DNA of 64,000 nt from contig CAWFOM010000006.1 in the NCBI GenBank assembly GCA_963817385.1, positions 1 to 64,000 on the forward strand. Reading direction: 5' to 3'. Positions 52,681-63,055 of this stretch are shown here, in pieces. Origin of the DNA: an uncultured delta proteobacterium. GTDB taxonomy: Bacteria > Desulfobacterota > Syntrophia > Syntrophales > UBA5619. Within the stretch, counting starts at the first letter, position 1. The number at the start of each line of letters is the position of its first letter. Made by a program: the position numbers and the translations under genes. Below the pieces are notes generated by a model. That model was not told the origin of the DNA. It saw nothing but the letters and a program-made list of their open reading frames with translations, and ran no database searches.

Positions 52681-53469
52681 CTAACCGGTCGTAAAGTCGG
52701 CGACGAGGATCGTATGGTCGGACGGCTTTTCCGCCAGACGCGGGTTCATATCGATGTCGCAGCTAAGCGATCGCGCCGCGAGCTGAGGCGTGGCGAGGAT
52801 GTGGTCGACCCGCCAGCCGAGCCCCCGCTGCACCGCCTGCGGCACCCGGTAATCGAAGAATGTGTAACGGCCCGCCTCCCCCGGATGGTGCCTGCGGAAG
52901 ATGTCGTCAAGGCCGCGCGAGCGGACGGCGGCGAATGCCTCCCACACCTCCGGGGTGAAGCAAACGTGGCCGAGCAGCCGCTTGGGGTTATGGACGTCGA
53001 TCGCCTCCGGCGCGACGTTGAGATCGCCGCACCAGATGAACGGGGCGTCCGGGGGGTACCTCCGGGCGAAGAAGTTTCGCAGACGCTCGAACCAGGCCAG
53101 CTTGTAGGCGAAATGGGTCGTCTCCCGCTCCCGCCCCTGGGGGACGTAGGTGTTCACGACGGGAATCCCGCCGAAGTCGGCGGCTATCAGGCGGTCCTCG
53201 TCGGCCGGTCCGCCGTCGGAGAGGCCGTACCGGACCGCTTCCGGTTTTTCCCGCGAGGCGATCGCCACGCCGTTGTACTGCCTCATCCCGCGGAAGAGCA
53301 CGTGGTAGCCGGCCGCCTGGAATTCCCCTGCGGGAAACTGTGCATCCTCCACCTTTGTTTCCTGCATGCACAGGCAATCGGGCCGGTGATCCCTGAGCCA
53401 GGGGATGATGATGTGGAGGCGGCTCCGGATGGAATTGACGTTGTAGGTGGCGATCCTGAAGGTTCCCAT
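52681..53469 (-). CDS. xth: Exodeoxyribonuclease III
   Basis: [37 protein letters not shown] and PSDH motifs. Confidence 0.93.
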   Translation of the reverse strand: MGTFRIATYNVNSIRSRLHIIIPWLRDHRPDCLCMQETKVEDAQFPAGEFQAAGYHVLFRGMRQYNGVAIASREKPEAVRYGLSDGGPADEDRLIAADFGGIPVVNTYVPQGRERETTHFAYKLAWFERLRNFFARRYPPDAPFIWCGDLNVAPEAIDVHNPKRLLGHVCFTPEVWEAFAAVRSRGLDDIFRRHHPGEAGRYTFFDYRVPQAVQRGLGWRVDHILATPQLAARSLSCDIDMNPRLAEKPSDHTILVADFTTG

Positions 53470-53639
53470 CCGCTCCTCCCCTGAACTCCCCGCGGCTGCG
53501 GAAACATCAATCCGAGAGGAACAACCTTTTCCGCTTATCCGCGGCAGCCGCGGGATGCATCGTGCGGATTCATCACCGTATCGTTCCGAAGGCGGGGACT
53601 TCCATCGCTTGGCGATTATGGACAGCAGTCGGAAAAAAG

Positions 53640-54840
53640 TCAAGGCAGTATGGTGGTCGCAGACGATTTGGGCCGGGGCGCATAAGGAGTCTGGAGATAT
53701 CTCCTCGCCTCTGTCTGGGCGATCCCTTCACCGCCTTCCACCGCCAGTGCCCGGGAATAGAATTCCTCCGCCTGTTTCCTCTCCTTGCGGATGTCATGGA
53801 TCATTCCCAGGCGCACCAGGGCAGAGGTTCGGATCCGGACATTGGTGACGGACATATCCGTCAGGGCTCTCCGGAAGTATTCCCCTGCCCGGGCATACTC
53901 CCCCTGATTGAACAGGATCCTCCCCAGCAGATGATCGTACCGGGGCTGAAGCTGAGGCACAAAGGGAGGGGTGCCGGTCTGAATCGCCTTTTCAATCTCC
54001 CCGGCGACGACAAAGGCCTCCGCGAAACGGTTGAGCTCGGACAGGGTGGTTGCCAGGGCAAACGCGAAGTTGTAATTCCGGGGAAACTTTTCCCTGAGTT
54101 CCCGGGTGATGGGTAGGGCCCGGGCCGGCTGCTCTTCGAAATAGGTGTAGACGGAAGAGAGTTCCGCTTGTGCGAGTTCCCGGAGAAGATCCCCCTTCTG
54201 TGCCGCAATCTCCAGCTCCTGCAGCCCTTTCTGATGGTCCGCGGCGGTGATCAAGAGCGAGGAGACGATACGGACCGCGGCGGGGAGATGATCGAGGTGG
54301 TAATGGAGCAGGCCGAGGGGGAAATAGATGTCATAATTCTGCGGATCTTCCGTCTTTGCCTTTTCCAGATAGGACCAGATATTCGCACTCTCCTGAGCGA
54401 TCACGAGGTACCGCTTCTGGGTAAGCGCCCAGCGGATCTTGACGATCTTCGCGAGCGCCATGGCAAAGTATGCCTGAGAGTCCCGGGCGTTCTTTTCGAT
54501 CCTGTTTAGTCCCCGGCCAAGCGCCTCCTCGACGTCCTGCAGCATGGACTCCTGATCTCTTGCCCTCTCCTGCGGATCGAAGCTCATCTCATAGGAGAAC
54601 AGGTGGGTCAGTGCCAGGAAGGAATAGCCGAGGGGGTTTCCCCGGTCCAGTTCCACCGCCTTCTGGAAAAGGCTCGTTGCCTGTTGCGTTTCCAGGTTGA
54701 AGGCCTTTTCGATCCCCTGCCGGAGATAGGTGCGAAGCGGGGCCTGCTGGGCGTCCCCGGCTTCCGCCTCGGTTTGGGCGAGCGCTCAGGAAGGCGAGGC
54801 AAAGGACAATAAGAACCATGAGCGGGCAATGGTTTTTCAT
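53640..54840 (-). CDS. Exported tetratricopeptide repeat protein (5' part frameshifted)
   Basis: TPR-like helices ([23 protein letters not shown]); the signal peptide is in the upstream ORF starting at 54840. Confidence 0.75.
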
Positions 54841-54855
54841 ACGCCTGAACTCACC

Positions 54856-55761
54856 TCAAATTCTTCCGGGCGATGCTTCCTCCATGGCAGATCGGCGGCG
54901 GTTGGTCAGATAGACGCCGGCCATGACGAGGAGGGCTCCCACCAGGAGGGAGAGATTGACCGCCTCGCCGAGAATCAGCCATCCGAAAAAAATGCTGCTC
55001 ACGGGGACGAAATTGATGAAGACCGACGCCCGGGTGGGACCAATCGCCCTGATCCCTTCATAATACCAGAAAAAGCCGAGGACCGTGCCGAAAAATCCGA
55101 GATAGACGATCCCGACCCAGTCTTTCAGGGCAATGCCGCCGATCAGCCGGGGGAGTCCCTCCATGCAGGCCGGGATGAGCATGGCGGCGCCGCCGATGAG
55201 GCAGGAGTAGGTGACTGCGGCGAGCGGCGAGAGGTCCTTCATGATGACCTTGCCGATGAGCGAGTAGGCGACCCAGCTCGCGACACAGCAGAGGAGGTAA
55301 ATCTCGCCCCATCCGACGCCTCCGGTGAAGATCGAAAGGAGATCACCCCGGGATATGACAATTGTCGCCCCGGTAAGGCACAGGAAGATGCCGCTCACTC
55401 CTTTGGCATTCAGCCGTTCCCGGAAGATGATGGCAGACAAAAGCGAAATGAAGATCGGGTTCGTGGCCACGATGAGGGAGGCCCGGCTGGCGGTGACCGT
55501 CTTCATCCCAAGGAAGAAAAAGACGTTGTAGGCAAAGACCCCCGTCATGCCGAGCAGAACCGCAGGGACGATCTGATGCCGCTGCAGGCGGGGAATCCGA
55601 CCTTCCTGCCGGATGATTATGACGAGCAGGAAAAGCGATGCCGTGAAAAACCGCAGAAACGATGCGGAATAGGGGCCGACATGCTGGGCGACGACCCTGG
55701 CTGCCACGAAGGTGCCGCCCCAAAAGATCGTGGTGAGGAAGAGCTTGAGGGTAATGATCAT
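54856..55761 (-). CDS. DMT superfamily (EamA) transporter
   Basis: IFWGGTFVA, LRF and IGPTRASVFINFVPV motifs; about 10 TM helices. Confidence 0.9.
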   Translation of the reverse strand: MIITLKLFLTTIFWGGTFVAARVVAQHVGPYSASFLRFFTASLFLLVIIIRQEGRIPRLQRHQIVPAVLLGMTGVFAYNVFFFLGMKTVTASRASLIVATNPIFISLLSAIIFRERLNAKGVSGIFLCLTGATIVISRGDLLSIFTGGVGWGEIYLLCCVASWVAYSLIGKVIMKDLSPLAAVTYSCLIGGAAMLIPACMEGLPRLIGGIALKDWVGIVYLGFFGTVLGFFWYYEGIRAIGPTRASVFINFVPVSSIFFGWLILGEAVNLSLLVGALLVMAGVYLTNRRRSAMEEASPGRI

Positions 55762-55777
55762 GGTGTTTCTGTATCAT

Positions 55778-55850
55778 AAAAAAAGCCGGCAGAATAGCCA
55801 CCTCTGCCGGAACAAAATAGAAGTTCATCCGGTTGATGCGAACTATCTCT
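55778..55850 (-). promoter_or_regulatory. Leader hairpin plus intrinsic terminator directly upstream of the EamA gene (riboswitch/attenuator candidate)
   Basis: Minus strand AGUUCGCAUC-AACCG-GAUGAACU hairpin, then CCGGCAGA-GGUGGCUAU-UCUGCCGG-CUUUUUUU ending 16 nt before the ATG. Confidence 0.6.
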
Positions 55851-56077
55851 CATTCACAAGTCCGGAGACTTCAGGTCATCGTTGAATTGATGATTACCAC
55901 TTGAAATGTCGGATATCCACTCATAGTATCGAGCGGTGGCTTCAGGAAAAGTCTCTTTCGGGTGGAGTTCCATCTCCGCGGCCCGCTGCCGCACACTTCC
56001 CCATATCCGGTTTGTGTTCGGTACGGGCCCGTGCGCCTGATAAAGGCCGCGGATGTTGTCGGTATCGTTTGATCCGG

Positions 56078-56419
56078 TTATCCAAGAATATCGAAGAGGG
56101 TTCCCTGCATCTCTTGCGTGGTCTTCACCGTCAGGAGATTCGCCTCGTAGCCGCGCTGGTTGACCATGAGGGCCATCAATTCCTCTTCCGTATTCACATT
56201 GGAGGTCTCCCGCTCCAGCCCATTGATCGTGACCGTGTCGCCCGGCGTATTGATCTGCTGCGTGGAAATCGCCACCCCAGGTAGCGTCGTCTGGATCATG
56301 TCGGCGCGAATTTTTTTGAATCCGTCTGTGTTTACATTGGCAATATTATTTGCAATTACGTCATTCTTCCGTTCGAAGGCCCGAAGCGCCGTAAGGGCGA
56401 TATCGGCGGCATTTGACAT
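56078..56419 (-). CDS. Short flagellar basal-body rod/hook family protein (FlgC/FlgG-like termini)
   Basis: ANNIANVNTDGFK N-terminal motif; SNVNTEEE...Y.AN...K C-terminal motif. Confidence 0.85.
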   Translation of the reverse strand: MSNAADIALTALRAFERKNDVIANNIANVNTDGFKKIRADMIQTTLPGVAISTQQINTPGDTVTINGLERETSNVNTEEELMALMVNQRGYEANLLTVKTTQEMQGTLFDILG

Positions 56420-56454
56420 GGCAGTCCACCTCCTCATAAGGGTCGTTTTTACCG

Positions 56455-56482
56455 GTATCGGCATTTCGGAGGGGAAACTTTA
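56455..56482 (-). promoter_or_regulatory. Putative sigma28 (FliA) promoter
   Basis: TAAAGTTT-N12-GCCGATAC against the consensus TAAAGTTT-N11-GCCGATAA. Confidence 0.55.
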
Positions 56483-56665
56483 ATCGGCAGATCTGCACGT
56501 GGGATTTGCCTGTGTACTTTTTCCTGCAATCTCTGTATCATGGCCCCACCGGCAGGGCAGGCGCGGCTGCCCGGAGGAGGCGCCTGCGGCTGCCGGAAAT
56601 GCGAATCCTCGAAGGTCGATCCTTGCGGGGAACTTTCCTGAACGGGTGTTGAAAAACACCGGAGG

Positions 56666-57550
56666 GTGATCACGATGCCGGTACATTCCCGGGGGGGCGG
56701 GTGGCCGATCTTGAAGGAGATCGGCCGGAATCTGGGACTGCTGGTTCTGGGCAGCATCCTGTGCGCCGTGGCCATCAATGGGGTTCTCATCCCCCACCGC
56801 TTCGTCAGCGGCGGCGTCACGGGACTGGCGCTTGTCATCCATTATCTCGTGCCGCTTTTCCCCGTATCCGCGATCTATGTCCTGGCGAATGTGCCGCTGT
56901 TCATCGCCGGCTGGTTTTTCATCAGCCGCCGGTTCTTCATCTACAGCACCATCGGCATGCTTGTGTTTGCGGGCGCTGTCGCCTTGGTGGACGTCGATGT
57001 TCCGGTCCAGGACAAGCTTCTCGCCGCCCTTCTGGCCGGGCTGATCCAGGGGGTGGGATCCGGGATCATCCTGAAATCGATGGGGTCAGCCGGCGGGACC
57101 GACATCTTGTCGGTTATCCTCCTCCAGCGTTTTTCCATCCGGCTGGGGACGACGGTCCTCGCCTTCAACAGTGTGATCCTGGCAACTGCGGCTCTGCTCT
57201 TCTCCCTGGAAGACGCCCTCTATACCCTGATCTATCTTTATGTCTCCACGCAGATTGTCGATTTGGTCGTAACGGGACTAAGCCAGCGGAAGGCGGTCTT
57301 TATCATCTCGCCCCGGTGGGAGGCAATCTCCCCCCGGATTCTTACCGAGATCCACCGCGGGGTGACCATCCTCCGCGGTCAGGGGGCCTATTCGCAGCGG
57401 GAGCAGCAGATCCTCTACACGGTGGTGAGCTTCCCCGAGGTGGCGACCCTCAAACAGATCGTCCGCAGCGAGGATCCCGGCGCGTTCGTGGTGGTGTCCG
57501 ACACGACCGAGGTGATGGGACATCGCATCGGCAACCAACCCCACTGGTGA
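56666..57550 (+). CDS. YitT family membrane protein
   Basis: SGGVTGLA, NVPLF, GSAGGTDI, RGVTIL.G.GAY and DP.AF motifs. Confidence 0.88.
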   Translation: MITMPVHSRGGGWPILKEIGRNLGLLVLGSILCAVAINGVLIPHRFVSGGVTGLALVIHYLVPLFPVSAIYVLANVPLFIAGWFFISRRFFIYSTIGMLVFAGAVALVDVDVPVQDKLLAALLAGLIQGVGSGIILKSMGSAGGTDILSVILLQRFSIRLGTTVLAFNSVILATAALLFSLEDALYTLIYLYVSTQIVDLVVTGLSQRKAVFIISPRWEAISPRILTEIHRGVTILRGQGAYSQREQQILYTVVSFPEVATLKQIVRSEDPGAFVVVSDTTEVMGHRIGNQPHW

Positions 57551-57577
57551 CGGCCCCGGGAAAGTCCCCGTCGAAGG

Positions 57578-58297
57578 TTACTGCTTGAGCGCCTCCCGTA
57601 TCCGGCGGCCCGTCTCCGGCCCCTCGATCGCCTTTTCCATGGCGTCCGACAGGACGCCGTTGATCTGGCTTTCCAGCTTTTCCTCCGAGAGGACGATATG
57701 GTCGAGCGAGGAGGTGCTTTCCGACGTGATCCGGTAGAAGATCCTTTTTTTCTGTACGTCGGCGAAGAGCAGCGTCACCCGAGCCTTGGCGCTGTAACGC
57801 GTCATCGTAAGGCTGTCGAGGCAGGTCACATCGAGTTCATCAATGGTTCCGCCGATGAGTATGGTCCCCCACTCCGGGCGGATGGTTCCCTCTTTGAGGT
57901 CCCATACCGGCTTATCCGCGGAGACGGTGTAGCTCGATTTGAACAGGAGTTCGCGGAGCGCCGAGGCAACGGCGTCCGCCGGTTTGACGTATTTGGGCAG
58001 GATCGGAATCGTGCTTCCGTCCGACTTGGTTACCCGGCCGATGAGCAACGTGTCCTCCATTTTTCTCTGATCGATAAACGAGGCCACCGTCAGGCTGTAT
58101 TTCTGGCCGTCGGTCACCGCCGGTGGAATCAGCTTCGTCGGTTGATAGCGCATGTCGACGTTGTAAAGGGTGGGCGCGCAGCCGCTTGCCAGAAACAGCA
58201 GAGACAGGCAGGCGACGATTCGGACGAGACCCCGGCCGGGGCGCTTCCCTTTTTTCCCGCACACGGCGGCGAACCCTGCTGCGATATCCCTTATCAT
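57578..58297 (-). CDS. Putative lipoprotein
   Basis: LLFLASGC lipobox. Confidence 0.7.
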   Translation of the reverse strand: MIRDIAAGFAAVCGKKGKRPGRGLVRIVACLSLLFLASGCAPTLYNVDMRYQPTKLIPPAVTDGQKYSLTVASFIDQRKMEDTLLIGRVTKSDGSTIPILPKYVKPADAVASALRELLFKSSYTVSADKPVWDLKEGTIRPEWGTILIGGTIDELDVTCLDSLTMTRYSAKARVTLLFADVQKKRIFYRITSESTSSLDHIVLSEEKLESQINGVLSDAMEKAIEGPETGRRIREALKQ

Positions 58298-58367
58298 GGG
58301 TAAAACCTCCTCAAAGATCTGTGGTACGTCCGTTAACGGGTGAGAAGACAGCCGGTTTTCTCACTCC

Positions 58368-61115
58368 TCACTTCGCTTTTCCCCCCTTTTTTTCGAGGGT
58401 CAGCAGGAGCTCTCCCGTCTTCTTGATCTCCTCGCCGTATCCCCCCCAGTTTCCCTGCCGGAGAAATTCCTGCGCCTTCCGGAAATGGCCGAGTGCCTCG
58501 AGGGCCGTCTGCCGGTCGCTCAGGTCGCCGCCGGCCGCGGGCTTCTTCACCTCGGCGGGCGTCTCCTTGTCCTTCATCGGTCCCCCGCCGAAAATCTTCT
58601 GGAGGGACAAGTCCAGGTTCTCTTCCATGGCGATGCTGTTGCCGTAGGCTACGATCACCCTTTTGAGCTCGGGGAGCTGGCCGTTGGAGGCGGCCAGGTA
58701 GAGGGATTCGACGTAGAGGATCGACTTCTCGATCGGGATCGCCAAGAGACTCCCCCTGATCACGTTCGATCCGTGCTGCTGCCAGAGCGACAACTGTTGG
58801 GAGATGATCGTATCCTGGTCGATCCGGGCCTCGATCTGGCGGGGGCCATAGACCAGCTTCTGCTTGGGAAACTTGTAGACGATCACCTTGCCGTAGTGGG
58901 GGGCGTCGCAACGGGCCGCCATCCAGGCCGACATGTTGTCTTTCATGCTCGGGGTAAAGGGCGCCAGGAGGATGAACTCCTCCTTCTCGGCCCCGGGGAG
59001 CTTCATGATCGTGTAGTAGGGGTCCATCGCCTGCTGGCCGCCGGCGGTCTGCTTGCCGGGAATCGACCAGAGGTCCTCTTTGTTGTAGAAGACCTGCGCA
59101 TCCTGCATGTGGTAGGCCCGGTACATCCGCGCCTGGATCGCGAGCAGCCCCGGGGGATAGCGCACATGGCTCCGCAGGGCTTCCGGCATCTCGGCCAGCG
59201 GCTTGTAGACGCCCGGGAAGATCTTTGCGTAGGTCTGCATGATCGGGTCGGCCGGGTCGCTCACGTAAAGTTGGATCGTTCCGTCATAGGCGTCGATGAC
59301 CGCCTTGATGGTGTTGCGGATGTAGTTGCCCATATCGGGGGTCGGCTCTGAATAGGGGAAGCGGTCCGTCGTCGTGTAGCCGTCGACAAACCACAGCAGG
59401 CGACCCTCCGGCGAGACGACCAGATAGGGGTCGTGGTCCAGGTGGGCGAAGGGGACGATCATCGAGACTCGGTCGCGAACGTTGCGGTGGTATACGATCC
59501 GGCTGTCGGAGGTGATGTCGTCCGAAAGGAGCATCGTGATCGAGCCGAAACGGACCGCGAAGATCAGCTTCTTCCAGAGGGAGAGGGGGACGCCCCCCTT
59601 CCCCTCGTAGCGGGAGTAGACGTTCTTGTCCCCCACCGGGTAGTCGAACTCCGGCTGCTTCGACCGGACGAAGACGTACTCGTTGGAGTTCTCCCCGAAG
59701 TAGATCTCGGGGCGCACCACCTTGAGGGGCGTCGTCGAAACGGGGGGGATGTCCTTGATGAAGAACTCCGGGAGCCCCTCGGCGGAGATCCGGTTCACGG
59801 GCCCGAGGACGACGCCGTAGCCGTGGGTGTAGGTCAAATGCTCGTTGACCCAGGAGCGGGAGGGGAGAGCCGGGTAGGAGATCTCCCGGGGGGAGAGCAT
59901 CACCTGGCGGTATTCGCCGTTGATCGTGTAGCGGTCGTTGTCGACGCCGGTAAACTTGTAGTAGGTCCGCATCTCCTGGAGCTGGCTGTAGGTCTGCAGG
60001 AGCGGCGCATGGTTCCAGAGCCTGATGTTCTTGATGGTGAGGTTGTTCTTCTGGAGGTCCCGGGCGGTCAGGTTCTCCTCAGTCGGGAACTCCTGCTCCT
60101 CGATCTGGGTGAGGCCGTAGGCCAGGCGCGTGTACTGGATGTTCTTCTCCAGGTAAGGTTTCTCGGCGACGATCTCGTTAGGAATTACCTGGAATTTCTG
60201 GATGAGGGAAGGATAAATACCGCGGCCCAGGACCGTCACCGCAATGAGAAGCAGAATCGCCGCCGCCGGAAGACGCCAGTCGGGGCGGAAGGCAAAGAAG
60301 AGTACGGCCAGTCCCGCAAAGGCGTAGATTCCCATCAGGAGCTTGAGCACCCACAACTGGGTGGTCACGTCGGTATAACCGGGGCCGAAGACCACCCCCC
60401 GTTTTGTGAAGAGGAGGTTGCTGAGGTCAAGCCAGGTGCCGAAGACCCCCCAGAAAAAGAATAGGGCGACGATCAGTGCGAGATGCACGCGGGCGGCCGG
60501 GGCAATCTTGAATATGTGCGGCGGGATGAACAGGAACGACCGACGGACGAGATAGATGAATCCCGTCGCCGCCGCGGTCGCCATAAGGACGAAGTTTATC
60601 CAGCCGAAGAAATGGAGGAGGAAGGGGAGCCGAAAGACGTAAAACCCGATATCCTTCTGGAAGAGCGGATCGGTGACGCCGAAGGGGGTTGGGTTCAGGA
60701 AGAGGAGGAAGTTCTCCCACTGGGCGGAGCCGTTGAGGGTTGCAAAAAGGCCGACGAGGAGTGATCCTAAGAGGATCAGGGTCTTCAGAAGGTGCGGTTC
60801 CATCTCCCGCATGGGGATGCCGAAGGTGCCCGCTCCCGCCGGATCGCCGTAAAGCGGGTTCCGCGACAGGCGAAAGGCGGTCAGGAGGTTGGCGGCCAGG
60901 ATGATGAAGAATCCCACCCCGAAGAGCGCCCCCGTCTTGATCTTCGCCCAGAGTGTCACGGTGAAGACGGTCTGGTAACCCACCTCCTGGAACCAGAACC
61001 AGTCGGTGATCAGGCCGATGATCCTCAGAAACGCCATCAGCAATACCAGCGCCGCGATAACAAAGAACATCCCTTTCATCGGTTTGGCCTGGCCGGGTGT
61101 ACGGATAGTGGTCAT
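58368..61115 (-). CDS. UPF0182 family membrane protein
   Basis: DW.WF.EVGY..VF, DPLF.KDIGFYVF.LP, HLTYTHGYG, NYIRN..KA.IDAYDG and GP.QIEARIDQD motifs. Confidence 0.93.
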   Translation of the reverse strand: MTTIRTPGQAKPMKGMFFVIAALVLLMAFLRIIGLITDWFWFQEVGYQTVFTVTLWAKIKTGALFGVGFFIILAANLLTAFRLSRNPLYGDPAGAGTFGIPMREMEPHLLKTLILLGSLLVGLFATLNGSAQWENFLLFLNPTPFGVTDPLFQKDIGFYVFRLPFLLHFFGWINFVLMATAAATGFIYLVRRSFLFIPPHIFKIAPAARVHLALIVALFFFWGVFGTWLDLSNLLFTKRGVVFGPGYTDVTTQLWVLKLLMGIYAFAGLAVLFFAFRPDWRLPAAAILLLIAVTVLGRGIYPSLIQKFQVIPNEIVAEKPYLEKNIQYTRLAYGLTQIEEQEFPTEENLTARDLQKNNLTIKNIRLWNHAPLLQTYSQLQEMRTYYKFTGVDNDRYTINGEYRQVMLSPREISYPALPSRSWVNEHLTYTHGYGVVLGPVNRISAEGLPEFFIKDIPPVSTTPLKVVRPEIYFGENSNEYVFVRSKQPEFDYPVGDKNVYSRYEGKGGVPLSLWKKLIFAVRFGSITMLLSDDITSDSRIVYHRNVRDRVSMIVPFAHLDHDPYLVVSPEGRLLWFVDGYTTTDRFPYSEPTPDMGNYIRNTIKAVIDAYDGTIQLYVSDPADPIMQTYAKIFPGVYKPLAEMPEALRSHVRYPPGLLAIQARMYRAYHMQDAQVFYNKEDLWSIPGKQTAGGQQAMDPYYTIMKLPGAEKEEFILLAPFTPSMKDNMSAWMAARCDAPHYGKVIVYKFPKQKLVYGPRQIEARIDQDTIISQQLSLWQQHGSNVIRGSLLAIPIEKSILYVESLYLAASNGQLPELKRVIVAYGNSIAMEENLDLSLQKIFGGGPMKDKETPAEVKKPAAGGDLSDRQTALEALGHFRKAQEFLRQGNWGGYGEEIKKTGELLLTLEKKGGKAK

Positions 61116-62860
61116 GGTCTTGTCTCCTCAAGGGTTTGTGGTTGATATCCGGTTCCTTTGTTCTCGGTCGTTCCCATGGCCTTTCGGTATTCGGTCGCGA
61201 GGACCGCTTTTTCGACGCCGGTATCGATAAAATCCCACGGCAGGATCTCCCCGGTTTCCTTCGGGCGGTAGACATAGAAGTCGGGATTCACATTCACCTC
61301 CCGGAAGGCCTGTGCCCAGTTCCCGCCGCACCGGTGGACGGCCATCAGCAGTTTTCCCACCCGCCTGTCGCCCAGGGCCAGGAGGGCCTGGATGTAATTC
61401 CACTTCGGGAGGTCGTGGGTGACCGAAACCGCCTTCTCGCCGCGCAGACCATCGGCGATCCGCCGGATCCTTCTCTTGACGACGGCTACATCCTCCAGCG
61501 GATGCCACTGGAAAGGGGTTGCGGGCTTCGGGATGAACTGGTTGATGCTGAGCGTCAGACGCCGGAACCCTTTCTTTCCCGCCGACAAGTGGCGGGCCCG
61601 GTGTTCCATCCCCTTGACCAGACGGATGATGGCCTCTATATCCTCGTCCGTCTCCGTCGGGAGACCCACCATGAAGTAGAGCCTGAGACGCACCATATCA
61701 TATTTCAGGAGATTGTCCACTGCGGAGAAGATCTCCTCTTCGGAGATCCCCTTGCGGATCACCTTCCGGAGGCGCTGGGAGCCGGCCTCGGGGGCGAGCG
61801 AGACAGTCTCCACACCGGTTTCCTTCAGGAGTGCCGCCATCGGTTCGCTCAGGCGGTCCAGGCGGAGGGATCCGACGGCCACCGATCCCCCCTGCTCCAG
61901 GATGGAGCGGCACAGGGGGATGAGTTCGGGATGGTCCGAGACGGCAGTGCCCAAAAGACCGATGGTCTTTCCTTTTTCGAGTCCCCGTCGGAAGGACTCC
62001 CCCAGGGTCGCGGAGCTGCGGAAACGCGCCGGCCGGCAGACGAAGCCGGCGGCGCAGAAGCGGCACCCCCGGGCGCACCCCCGGCTCACCTCGGTGAGGT
62101 ACAGGCCGCCGAACTCGGTTGCTTTGGTGGTGATCCCCTGCTCGGTCGTAAAGGTGTTGATATCGGGGACCGAACGTCTGACGATCCTCGCGGGGAAGGC
62201 GGCGTCAAGGGGCTCCCGGGCGGCAATGTGGCCTTCCGGGGTCGTGGTAACCCGGTAATACCGGGGCACATAGGCCCCGGAGATCGACCGCTGCATCCGG
62301 GCGAGGAATGCCTCCCGGGCGAGTTGCCGGCGGAGGGCGACCGCGGCGTCGAGGAAATCGGGGAGAAGGGCCTCGCCTTCCCCGATCAGAAAGAGATCGA
62401 AGAAATCGGCGAGGGGTTCGGGATTCAGGGTGACGGCGATGCCGCCGCCGATGACGAGAGGGTCTCTCTCGCCCCGCGCCTCCGTTTCGAGGGGGATACC
62501 CGCCATTTCGAGGATCGTAAGGACATTGGGGTAGTCGTTTTCAAAGGAGAGGGAGAAGGCCACCATGTCGAAATCGGCCAGCGGCCGTTGCGATTCGAGG
62601 CTGAAAAGCGGGGAAGATGAAGCCCGGTGGGCTGCTTCGTCTCCGGGATCGGGGAGAAAGACCCGTTCGCACAGGCAGGCGGGATGGCGGTTGATAAGGG
62701 CATAAACAGCCTGGAAGCCGAGGTTGGACATGCCCGTCCGGTAGACGTTCGGGTAGGCGAGACAGATTGTCAGTGCATCTCCCCAAATCTTCCTGACGTA
62801 TCCGTCTTCCTGTGCGAGCAGATCGAGACATTTTTTCTTCAGCTTCCAGGACATCTTCAA
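61112..62860 (-). CDS. Radical SAM protein (B12-binding-like N-terminus)
   Basis: YPN.Y..GMSNLG, EVSRGCARGCRFC (CxxxCxxC), APEAGSQRLR and YFMVGLPTET motifs. Confidence 0.9.
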   Translation of the reverse strand: MKMSWKLKKKCLDLLAQEDGYVRKIWGDALTICLAYPNVYRTGMSNLGFQAVYALINRHPACLCERVFLPDPGDEAAHRASSSPLFSLESQRPLADFDMVAFSLSFENDYPNVLTILEMAGIPLETEARGERDPLVIGGGIAVTLNPEPLADFFDLFLIGEGEALLPDFLDAAVALRRQLAREAFLARMQRSISGAYVPRYYRVTTTPEGHIAAREPLDAAFPARIVRRSVPDINTFTTEQGITTKATEFGGLYLTEVSRGCARGCRFCAAGFVCRPARFRSSATLGESFRRGLEKGKTIGLLGTAVSDHPELIPLCRSILEQGGSVAVGSLRLDRLSEPMAALLKETGVETVSLAPEAGSQRLRKVIRKGISEEEIFSAVDNLLKYDMVRLRLYFMVGLPTETDEDIEAIIRLVKGMEHRARHLSAGKKGFRRLTLSINQFIPKPATPFQWHPLEDVAVVKRRIRRIADGLRGEKAVSVTHDLPKWNYIQALLALGDRRVGKLLMAVHRCGGNWAQAFREVNVNPDFYVYRPKETGEILPWDFIDTGVEKAVLATEYRKAMGTTENKGTGYQPQTLEETRP

Positions 62861-62926
62861 GCCTCTGCCGTCACGTCGCTACCTTGTTCGGTTGTCCCGC
62901 GGCGATGGTATACGCGCTGTCATTTT

Positions 62927-63055
62927 GGGCGGCTTCGCAAAAGGTCACGGAAGCGAGGCGTGCGAGCTCTGAGGAATGAGGCGTACCCTGTCGTACGCCG
63001 CAATGACGAAGAGCGAAGAGCAACGATGCATAGGAAACCTTTTCCGAAGCCGCCC
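62927..63055. repeat. MITE-like palindromic element directly 3' of ftsZ
   Basis: Terminal inverted repeats GGGCGGCTTCGCAAAAGG / CCTTTTCCGAAGCCGCCC; central GCGTAC...GTACGC. Confidence 0.7.

Noticed and set aside
53480..53630. GCGATGG...TGATGA segment upstream of xth resembling a fluoride riboswitch
   Set aside because: The required pseudoknot pairing is not satisfied and the gene context is unsupportive.
56490..56530. GGCAAA motif upstream of the flagellar gene as a c-di-GMP-I riboswitch
   Set aside because: Lacks the second GCAAA stem and the tetraloop/receptor architecture.
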